This document shows positions 47,994 through 56,145 of a DNA stretch of 64,000 nucleotides, piece by piece. Made by a program: the position numbers and the translations under genes. Source of the DNA: Gemmatimonadota bacterium (GTDB lineage: Bacteria; Gemmatimonadota; Gemmatimonadetes; Gemmatimonadales; Gemmatimonadaceae). Numbering within the stretch: position 1 is the stretch's first letter; each line of letters starts with the position of its first letter. The stretch covers positions 94,929-158,928 of the forward strand of contig JAZJZK010000012.1 in NCBI GenBank assembly GCA_040389905.1, in the 5' to 3' direction. The notes beneath the pieces are model-generated. The model was not told where the DNA came from and did not search any database. It saw only the letters and a list, made by a program, of their open reading frames with translations.

Positions 47994-48553
47994 CTGTGGA
48001 ATCCTCCTGCAAATTCACGAAAATATGCGGCGAGCGAGTCGACCTCGCGCCGTGGCATATCCGATGTGAGAAGGTGCTTCCCTTGCCACGTCACTGGCGG
48101 AATCCCCCGGTCATCGTAGTACCCCACGAGCAACCCCACGCGCGCGCGTTTGCCGGAGGGGCTGAACACCGCCCCTACCAACAACCCGACTACGGCAAGC
48201 AGGCACACCGTCACGGTCAGCCTGCTGCGCAGCCACCGTAACCTGCGCGTCGGCCGGTTTTGCTTCTGCCACGCCAACTCGCTTCTCAGCTCGCGATTCT
48301 GCTGTTCGATCTGTTCGATATGGCGGAATGCGATGTCGCCCGCAGTGCGCCTGACGTTGCACGCCAGCACGTGCTGATCCTCGCCACGGCGTGTTCGCCG
48401 GTTGACGAGATCGGGTGCGTCTCGCGCGGCATTACGGGCCGGATCGAGCATTTCCAATTTTATTGTGTACCGATGGCAGGCGCCAGAACCGCCGGTGCTA
48501 AACGTCCAAGCCCTTGGGATCAGGACCGTATTTGTTCGTTCCCGGATCTCCAT
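47990..48553 (-). CDS. hypothetical membrane protein (start uncertain)
   Basis: Coiled-coil-like IEQIEQQNRELRSEL then a TM segment; the N-terminal part overlaps DUF805 and is probably not real. Confidence 0.35.
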   Translation of the reverse strand: MEIRERTNTVLIPRAWTFSTGGSGACHRYTIKLEMLDPARNAARDAPDLVNRRTRRGEDQHVLACNVRRTAGDIAFRHIEQIEQQNRELRSELAWQKQNRPTRRLRWLRSRLTVTVCLLAVVGLLVGAVFSPSGKRARVGLLVGYYDDRGIPPVTWQGKHLLTSDMPRREVDSLAAYFREFAGGFHR

Positions 48554-48863
48554 CCTGCGTGAGATTCACGAGGAATACCAGATTTGCGACTGGAACGATC
48601 GCCATCAGAAGCCACCGGGCGCTTCGGCCTGTATCGTGAAGCCGGCGTATGCAGACGCTGATGCTCGGAATGAAGACGGCGAGGCAAAACACCGCACTGA
48701 GAAGTACGGGGCCGTCGTCCGCATGCTGCGGGAGGGGTAGGTCGTTGATGAACAGGGCCACAATCACCATCCCGTTCACCCAAGAGAAGATCCAGAACTC
48801 CCTTCTCCGTGCGCGACCAGAGAAGCGCGCGAAGCTCCTCCACGGCGCGAGATACCACTGCAT
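48498..48863 (-). CDS. DUF805 (YhaH/YhaI-like) membrane protein
   Basis: FSGRARRREFW, PSISVCIRRLHDTGRS, GDPGTNKYGPDPK; ATG 48863 with GGAGGG RBS. Confidence 0.9.
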   Translation of the reverse strand: MQWYLAPWRSFARFSGRARRREFWIFSWVNGMVIVALFINDLPLPQHADDGPVLLSAVFCLAVFIPSISVCIRRLHDTGRSARWLLMAIVPVANLVFLVNLTQDGDPGTNKYGPDPKGLDV

Positions 48864-49081
48864 GCGTGCCCTCCGGTGCGGCAATGCACTGAAGCTGCAG
48901 GCAGTTATCCAACCGTCAAGTTCTCACCTGCCCGGCCCTTGTCACACGTAACTAAATCTGCCACAAAGACACACGAGTAGTTCGGCTCACTCAGGGATAT
49001 GGTTCCGGGGTATTCGTTCCACCGAGTGAGTTCGGGCTGCCGGGATCGTGCTCGCGAGACGGAGCGCGTGCGGTGCTCGCA

Positions 49082-49358
49082 GCAGGACTTGAAACACCGC
49101 CTGCTGGATCAAGCGATCGAGCACGGTCGGAATGCCTAACAACCGCACCCCGCCGCCCGGTTTCGGATCTCGACCCGACGCACCGCACTTGGCTGGTAGC
49201 CACCCGTGAGCAACTGCTCTCGTATTGTCATCCAGTGTTCGCGCAGCTGAGCCGGCAAGTCGTCCACCGTCACCCCATCCACTCCGGCACTCCCCTGATT
49301 CGCAACGAACACGGTTGAGTGCTCGCACGAGACTCCCTCGCTCAACGATCTGCTCCAT
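49082..49358 (-). pseudogene. frameshifted N-terminal fragment of a group II intron reverse transcriptase/maturase
   Basis: Split over different frames: MEQIVER..L.RAL.RV / ANQGSAGVDGVTVDDL...REQLLTGGYQPSAVRRVEI / PKPGGGVRLLGIPTVLDRLIQQAVFQVL; no YADD region follows. Confidence 0.88.
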
Positions 49359-49786
49359 CTGATCGACGAGCCTGAGCGTTCGATGGCGTGTGCCGTCGCG
49401 CTGTCCAGGGCGAGTTGGCGCATTCGTGTCCACCCGTGCGCTCGGCGGTCGTTTGACCTACGCGTAGTAGCCAGCCTTCGATACCAGCAACACCTGGCAC
49501 ATTGTGGTGATGTGAAACTCGGCGGTGTGGGCCGCGATGAACACGAATTCCATCGCGGGCGCTTGGCAAGGAACGCCGTGGTGTGTTCAACAGGTCGATG
49601 CAACAGAAGGCATGTTGCTCGAACTCGAGAGACGCGACACCATGGCACGTATCGGACGACCTGGACTATCGGATGGATAGTTGGGCGGCTGGGCAACGTG
49701 GGAAAGCGCAGGCGACCCACGGATGACCACGAGATGACCGGACCGAGGAAGGTTGGCGGACCCAATCACCCCCAATCCCTCCAACA

Positions 49787-52700
49787 ATGCCAACCGTCGC
49801 CGGCAGGGTCGTCCTCGCGGGAACCGATACAGGTGTACCTCAAGTCCGCGTTACTGCCCACTTAGTAACGTCTCCATCCAGCGAGGCCAAGACGTCGGGT
49901 GCGGCCCCCGTCGCCGCCAAATCTGCGGGGTCCACTGCCGGAGCCGCGGTGACAAACCGCGTCGGCGAATTTCTTCTCGAGTTGGACCCGGCCACTCCGC
50001 ACGACGGGGTACTGAGGCTCATTGTGCAAGTCATCTCAGGAGGCTTGCCACCGCATACCACGGATGCCATTGCGATGGACGATGCGCTAACCATCGTGCA
50101 GCGAATCGAGATTGGCGCCGAGGCGATGGCGAGTCTGGTAACACAGGCCCGTTCGTCCGGCGATACTCCCGAGGAGATCATCGGGCGCGTAGGCCGGCGC
50201 GCCGCGGATACCGACCGAGTCCGGGCCGCCGGACGCGCGGTCACCGGGGCACGCTTCGAAGCGAAGCACTCGGGCGTGAAGCGGTTCCGCACTCTGCTGG
50301 CGGAAAAGGAGCGCGGTGCCGCTCCCAAGCATCTCAATTCCTCGATCGTCCGAACCATCAAGACGGACGGCGACGTTGCGGCGGCGAATGAAGCAGCGAT
50401 CAAGGCGTCGCTCTCCCGCCTCCTCAGCGATGCGGGGCAACCCAAGGCGCTACGTGGCATCGCGGTCCTGACGAAGGAAGAACTCGAGGAGGTCAGGGCC
50501 CGCACCAGCAACTTCACCGAGTCACTGAAACTCGAGGACTTCGCTGCCCTTCGGGCCACTCCCGGAACGCGCCCGTTGACCATCGTGCGCTTCCCGCCAC
50601 ACGACGCGGTGTGCCGCAACGGCCGACTGGGAGCTGATCCCTGTGGTGGCATTCTAGTGAACAATGGTTCGACCAGCTCTCGACCAGACGCGCCGGCCCA
50701 CATACCCTCGATCAACGCGGCGACCGTCGCTTCGCCCGACGAGTCGATGAGGGTTTTGCGGGATGCCGCCGTGGCCGTCGCCGCTGGCACGGCTGATCGT
50801 CCGATGCCTTCAAGCCAAGATGACGTGCAGCACGCCCTCGACGGACTGGCGCTCAAGCCGGGCCCGTCCGACCGTCCGTCTTACTTCGAGTTTCATCAGG
50901 TACACATCGCTTTCGAGCATGTCTGGCTGGAAGCTATCGATGAGGGCGCGCTCGACATCGCCGGCCGTGCCTTTCAGGAGGTGGCGAATCTCACCGGCGC
51001 GAGCGAAGGATTCTTGTTAGGGATCTTCTCTGATCCATGGCGCGAAGCTGCCTTCTGGAGGGGTCTCTTGGCCGACACCGTGGCCGAGCTGGGCGAAACT
51101 ATCGATCCGCCGCACGGGGTGATCCAGTACTTCGAAATCACTCCCGAGGAATGGGGTGCGCTCGATACGGAGCATCGCGAGGCGCTGTCGTCTCTCGCCA
51201 CCGACATCACTGCTGCCTCCGGCCCCCCCTCGGGACCGTTTGCCGGATTCCTTGCCCCGCTCATGCAGGGGATCATCGCGGGTCTTCGCGAGCGCGGACG
51301 GACGATCGTCGCCTACGCAGCCCGAAAGGTCGAATCCAACGCTGGATCGTTGAGCCGGCTGCACGGACTCGTGCGAGATCTCGAACTGCGGCTGCGAGAG
51401 CCGTACTTCTTCACGATCTACGCTGCGAATCGTTACCAGCGGAGCGTCAATTTCGGACTCGTCACAACGTACCAGCAGGAGTGGCGGCCACTGGACTATC
51501 AAGTCGGGCGCCTCGTGCAAACCATTCCGCTTGCGCCACGAGAGGTTCGGAAATTCAGCAAGAAGCGGGTGGTCAAACGTGCAAGGGCGGAGAAGGAAGT
51601 CGCCAACAACATGGAGAGCCGCCGGAGCGAACAGTCCGATTCCTGGCGATCGGAAAGCGAGATTGTCCAACGGGCCCAGAACAAGTCCAACTTCAGTATG
51701 ACAGCGGACGGCGCCTTCAAGCTTGGCATCGCCGACGCGAAGACGTCGACCGTACTGGGGACAGAAGCATCGAGCGAGTCCATGCAGACCAAAAAGGACT
51801 TCCGCGAGGCGGTGCTAAAATCGGCCGAAGAGTACAAGAACGAGCGGACCATAGAGGTAACCTCCAACGACGCGACAGAAACGGACGCCGATGAGTCGGG
51901 CGAAATCAGCAACCCGAATGACGAGCTCACGGTCACCTATCTCTTTTATGAGCTGCAGCGGCGGTACCGGATTTCAGAACGACTCCACCGGCTGACGCCG
52001 GTCGTGCTAGTAGCGCAGGAGGTCCCTCAGCCGCAGGAGATCGACAACGACTGGCTCGTGGCGCACGACTGGATTCTCGGACGCGTCTTACTCGACGACT
52101 CGTTTGTTCCCGCCCTGCGATACCTGTCGACGTCGCTGGTTGGCGCGGAGCATGCGCTCGTGGAACTGCAACGCAACCTCGTGGCGCAGCGGCGCCTGCT
52201 CACGTCGCTGCGGGATGATCTCGTGATGTATCAACGCCAGGCTGGAAGCCGCTACGAGGCGCTCGAGCAGTCGATCAAACGCCGCGCCGAGGTGGTCGGC
52301 GGGGAACAGACCGAGGGTATTCTCGACAAGGCATGGGATTTCTTTGGCGGAAGCAGTGGCGAAGAGTCTGAGGAGAAGGCCCGGATCATCGAAGACTCCG
52401 CCAAGGACGCGTACGAGCGTGCAGCGAAGGAAGAGAAATCGCTACGGGACCGAGTCGAGCGTGAAGTGACGGCCCTCTCGGCACTCACCGAAACGTACAC
52501 GGCGAAGCTGGCCGAGCACCTGAATCGCAAGGAGCAGGTGTCCCGGCTCCGGGTGCATGTGAAGGAGAACATCCTCTATTACATGCAGGCCGTCTGGTCG
52601 CATGAGCCGCCCGATCAGCGCTTCTTCCGACTTCATACTGTGCAGGTGCCGGACCTTCGAGGTACTCGTCGCGTGCGGTTCAACCCATCGGTCGGCACGG

Positions 52701-53347
52701 TGCCGCCGTCGACGGCGGCCATGATGCTCCTGCGTCCGGACGCCATGACGGGAGTGCCGGTCGAGGTCATCGAGGAAATGGAGCCGCCCGCGCAATTGAC
52801 GTATAAGTCGCTTGAGGAGGTCGCCGATCTCGACAACCTGCTCGGGTACAAGGGGAATTACATGATCTTCCCCCTCAAGCAGTCAAACGACCTGATCGAC
52901 TACATGATGCGGCCGTACTTCGACGATGTGCTCGAGCTACGGGATCCGGACGACTTCGGCAACCTCACGATCGATGAACTACACGATTTGGCGTGCTGCC
53001 TCAAGGCGCGGGATCCGCAGCGTTACGCGAAGGTCGAGCCAGACATCGAACGGTTGCTGCGCGAAATGCTTACGAATCCCAGACGGTTCAGCGACGAAGT
53101 GACCGTGCCCACGGATTCCCTGTTCATCGAGGCGCTACCGGGTAGCCACGCACTGCTCGAGACGTTCAAGCTGGCGCACCGGCTAGTAGACGTCGAGAAG
53201 GCGGCGGCCGACGTGCGCAGGGCCAAGCTGGAGAACATCCGCCTCGCCGCCCGGATCGTCGCGGGCGAGCGCAGCGACCCGGACGTCGACAAGCAGATCG
53301 TTATCGACGGAGCGCGCGAGAACGTTATCGTGCCGACCGACATCTGA
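49787..53347 (+). CDS. large uncharacterised protein (1186 aa), candidate toxin carrier / pore-forming component
   Basis: Long intact ORF; N-terminal GRVV...TNRVGEF Ig-like module; S/T-rich segment between QQEW...IPLAP and NPND...TYLFYE; long coiled coil; C-terminal VPTDSLFIEALPG. Function is inference. Confidence 0.85.
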   Translation: MPTVAGRVVLAGTDTGVPQVRVTAHLVTSPSSEAKTSGAAPVAAKSAGSTAGAAVTNRVGEFLLELDPATPHDGVLRLIVQVISGGLPPHTTDAIAMDDALTIVQRIEIGAEAMASLVTQARSSGDTPEEIIGRVGRRAADTDRVRAAGRAVTGARFEAKHSGVKRFRTLLAEKERGAAPKHLNSSIVRTIKTDGDVAAANEAAIKASLSRLLSDAGQPKALRGIAVLTKEELEEVRARTSNFTESLKLEDFAALRATPGTRPLTIVRFPPHDAVCRNGRLGADPCGGILVNNGSTSSRPDAPAHIPSINAATVASPDESMRVLRDAAVAVAAGTADRPMPSSQDDVQHALDGLALKPGPSDRPSYFEFHQVHIAFEHVWLEAIDEGALDIAGRAFQEVANLTGASEGFLLGIFSDPWREAAFWRGLLADTVAELGETIDPPHGVIQYFEITPEEWGALDTEHREALSSLATDITAASGPPSGPFAGFLAPLMQGIIAGLRERGRTIVAYAARKVESNAGSLSRLHGLVRDLELRLREPYFFTIYAANRYQRSVNFGLVTTYQQEWRPLDYQVGRLVQTIPLAPREVRKFSKKRVVKRARAEKEVANNMESRRSEQSDSWRSESEIVQRAQNKSNFSMTADGAFKLGIADAKTSTVLGTEASSESMQTKKDFREAVLKSAEEYKNERTIEVTSNDATETDADESGEISNPNDELTVTYLFYELQRRYRISERLHRLTPVVLVAQEVPQPQEIDNDWLVAHDWILGRVLLDDSFVPALRYLSTSLVGAEHALVELQRNLVAQRRLLTSLRDDLVMYQRQAGSRYEALEQSIKRRAEVVGGEQTEGILDKAWDFFGGSSGEESEEKARIIEDSAKDAYERAAKEEKSLRDRVEREVTALSALTETYTAKLAEHLNRKEQVSRLRVHVKENILYYMQAVWSHEPPDQRFFRLHTVQVPDLRGTRRVRFNPSVGTVPPSTAAMMLLRPDAMTGVPVEVIEEMEPPAQLTYKSLEEVADLDNLLGYKGNYMIFPLKQSNDLIDYMMRPYFDDVLELRDPDDFGNLTIDELHDLACCLKARDPQRYAKVEPDIERLLREMLTNPRRFSDEVTVPTDSLFIEALPGSHALLETFKLAHRLVDVEKAAADVRRAKLENIRLAARIVAGERSDPDVDKQIVIDGARENVIVPTDI

Positions 53348-53357
53348 GAGGCGACTC

Positions 53358-54626
53358 ATGATCCTCCCGGAAACCGATCCACGCGGAGCGCGTTTCGTAC
53401 CGGACATCCTCGAACTCGAGGTGGAACTCGCTCGCATCGAAGCCGCCGAGCGCGACGCCAATCGCAGAGCGGCAGAGGTGACCCTGTTCCGGCCGTACGG
53501 CGACATCCGGGACATGGCCCTGATACCGCTCAACCGGGCGGCGGGCCAGCTCTACGCCAAGTTCATCCCCGGCGCCGCCGAGACACTAATCGCTTTCATC
53601 CCGGCAGCCGGCAATGTGGTAGCGGTTCTCGAGGGAATCCTCGGCAGGACGTTGATCACCGATCGGAAGTTGAGTGGCACAGAGCGCGTTCTCGGTGCGG
53701 CACTGGCCTGCGTTCCGTGGTCGCGGGTCATCAGAGGCGCAGGCAAAGCGGGCGCGCAGACCGTCGCCTACATCGCCAAGCGGACGGGCCAATCGCCTCG
53801 ACGGATTCTCGGCATCGTGAACAGCCTGGGGAAGTTGTCCGCCGAGGACGCCCGACTCGTTTCATCGGCGCTTCAGGCGGCCGCCGCGGGGCAGGAGTTG
53901 ACGCTAGCGGAACGCGCGGCAGCAGAGCAGTTGCTGAGCGCGGTCAAGGAAGAAGGGCGTGCGGTCGCGAGCGCGGTTGCGGCAGAAAAGCGCGGACTTC
54001 CGACGGCGGCGGCCGATCTGCGAGGCGTAGGCTCGAGAGCCACGGAGGCGCGAACGGCAGTTGCTAGGCCGTCGGCCAGAGGTGGGACCGCCGCAACAGC
54101 AAAGACCGCCGCAACCGGAAAGGCCGCTGCTAAGCAGGCGGCCGCCCATGTGGTTGAGGAAGGAACCGGCCTCCACGAGTCCGTCTCCGCGCGCGGATCG
54201 GTGGCAGGGACAATGGCAGAGAAAGTCTGGGCCTACGTCATCCTCAAGGTCGAGCCGAATGTAAGACGAGTAAGGTTCCCGGTGCGTGTGCGCGATCGCG
54301 CCGGCAAATGGATCGAGGTCAAGGTCGAACCCGATTTTCTACCGACGGCGCGAGTCGGGCCGCTGGGGATTCGGGAGTCGATCACGCGAGCGGAAGATAT
54401 TTCTGAGGCACTCTGGATCGGCGATTCCAAGTACATCGGGGAAAACCGCGCGGTCCGTCTGGACGATCAAATCAGGGGGATGATTTCGCTGGCAAAAGAG
54501 AATAGGAAAGTCTTCCGCTTTTTCGTGAAGAAGGGAGGAGGTGTCACAAAAGGCGTCCGTAGTTACGCAAAGCGCATTGGCGCGGTCATCGAGGTCGTAG
54601 AGGACACGTCGGGGCGGATCAACTAG
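53358..54626 (+). CDS. polymorphic-toxin-like protein: PT-TG-like pre-toxin domain, Ala-rich linker, C-terminal PD-(D/E)xK nuclease-like domain
   Basis: GAGG RBS, 10 nt after the upstream stop; LIAFIPAAGNVVAVLEGILGRTLITDRKLSGTERVL..VP resembles PT-TG; EPDF...IGDSKY...LDDQIR resembles restriction-endonuclease-fold toxins. Confidence 0.7.
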   Translation: MILPETDPRGARFVPDILELEVELARIEAAERDANRRAAEVTLFRPYGDIRDMALIPLNRAAGQLYAKFIPGAAETLIAFIPAAGNVVAVLEGILGRTLITDRKLSGTERVLGAALACVPWSRVIRGAGKAGAQTVAYIAKRTGQSPRRILGIVNSLGKLSAEDARLVSSALQAAAAGQELTLAERAAAEQLLSAVKEEGRAVASAVAAEKRGLPTAAADLRGVGSRATEARTAVARPSARGGTAATAKTAATGKAAAKQAAAHVVEEGTGLHESVSARGSVAGTMAEKVWAYVILKVEPNVRRVRFPVRVRDRAGKWIEVKVEPDFLPTARVGPLGIRESITRAEDISEALWIGDSKYIGENRAVRLDDQIRGMISLAKENRKVFRFFVKKGGGVTKGVRSYAKRIGAVIEVVEDTSGRIN

Positions 54627-54903
54627 CCGAGGCGTAACGAGAGACGCCTCACGCGACACACGCGGCCCGCGCCATCCGTGCGTAGGACAACATCCAGGTT
54701 CGGAGATCGCGGGCCGACTACGATGGGGAATCTTCTGCTCGAAACGAATATCCGAGATGCGCTCCATTCCCTGGGCATGCACCTCTTGAGCTGCGCATGC
54801 GCCCTCGGGATGGAAATCCTCTCTGCAGGCACAGCCTCGCTCCGGGTAGACGTCCGCAGGAGTTAGTGGCCTGCGGTGGGATCCAGCGGCCTCAGCGCAT
54901 CAC

Positions 54904-54998
54904 GTGATCGGTTTCAGCCGAAATGACTGATCGGCTTCGCCCGAAATGGGTGATCGGCTTCAAGCGAAACGGGCGATCGGAATCGAGCGAAATCCGCA
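54904..54998. mobile_element. orphan IS21-family-like terminal region (four 23-bp-spaced repeats ending in CA)
   Basis: YGATCGG...CGAAA units at 54905, 54928, 54951, 54974; reverse complement begins TGCGGATTTCG; no istA/istB nearby. Confidence 0.7.
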
Positions 54999-55580
54999 CG
55001 ATTCCAAGTGCGTTCCCAGCAGGCCCGGGTTGATCTGTCGTTTTGACGAATTCGGGAAGGTCCGTGGGATACACACCCACCGTAGAACGCTGTCGATTAG
55101 GAGATCGCGAAGTGTCGAGTTCCTGCCAATCGCACTCGGTAGTCCCGCAGTGTCGCGAGTTGGCCGCACATCGGCGATGAGCCGCCATCGCGGTGCGGTG
55201 CTCACGTTGCGTTGGACTTCCACGCGTCGCAATGCTGCCGCAGCACGACTGCGGCGGAGGTAATCTGGCGTGTACCTGGCAGCCGGTACTCGCTTGGAGC
55301 ACCGATTTATCCCCGGCTCCTGCCGCGCTCGGGCCGACAAACGCTTGCTACGGCTTCGCGACCGCGCTAAACCGGTCTGGCACGGCAGTGGAGGGGCAAT
55401 GACGACGCCGACCATGCGATTGCAGAAAGGGCGTGAGCCTTACGGGAACAGAACTTACGCGCAATCGGCCACCGCGTCCGGCCGGCTTGACATAGGAGCA
55501 GTAACGTAGTCCCGCCTCCAACCGCGCGAACGATGACTCACTGCGCAGTCAATTCCTCATCCGGTTGCTGACATTCCTTG

Positions 55581-56057
55581 CTATCCACCACCTGCCCCGA
55601 GCGCCGAGGCCACCCGCCCGTCTCGCTGTCGCGCGAGAACTGCTTCAAGTTGGCGTTGCGGCAACCCTTCCTTCGCCCCAGCGTCCCGTGCGAGTGCCGC
55701 GAATCTTTCCCAGGCGACTCGACATTCCTCACCCTGCAATAGTCGCCGCGCGATACTGCCCGCGCCATCAGCGGTTGCTGAGGCGCCACTCGCTACGAGC
55801 TTGTCCTGGATGTAGTCAGCCCAGAACTGTTTGCCTGCCTCGATCAAAACTGATATGAGCACGAGTCTCGCCATATCCATTCCGAGGCCTCCCCAACGAC
55901 GCGCGATCGACAGCGACAGCGCGATCTCGCCCCCGAGGGTTCCTGACAGTCCCGCACGCTGTACGAGCTGTCCGAGGAGTTGATCTTCTATGTCCTCACC
56001 GCTCGCCTTGAGGATTGCCGATGCGAGTTCCGCAGCAAACCGTTCGTCTGGGCGCAT
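55581..56057 (-). CDS. hypothetical protein (possibly degraded)
   Basis: 158-aa ORF downstream of hsdR on the same strand; no recognisable motif. Confidence 0.35.
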   Translation of the reverse strand: MRPDERFAAELASAILKASGEDIEDQLLGQLVQRAGLSGTLGGEIALSLSIARRWGGLGMDMARLVLISVLIEAGKQFWADYIQDKLVASGASATADGAGSIARRLLQGEECRVAWERFAALARDAGAKEGLPQRQLEAVLARQRDGRVASALGAGGG

Positions 56058-56145
56058 GGGATGAAGGCTAGCTCAATAGGCGTTGTTGGCGGTATCCCCA
56101 CAGATCTGCCTAAAGGGGTCGGAGCCCCAGGGTGTGCTGGCTTCC

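Noticed and set aside
27345..49400. Possible DGR (RT plus paralogues with a variable C-terminus)
   Set aside because: The RT is a broken group II intron type, and the B1/B2 differences are indels and general divergence, not adenine-specific TR/VR changes.
54904..54998. Possible CRISPR mini-array
   Set aside because: The 23-bp period leaves no room for spacers, there are no cas genes, and the pattern fits an IS21 end.
54678..55509. Small ORFs as candidate immunity genes
   Set aside because: Short, Arg-rich, overlapping in several frames, no convincing RBS or motif, and separated from the toxin by a hairpin.
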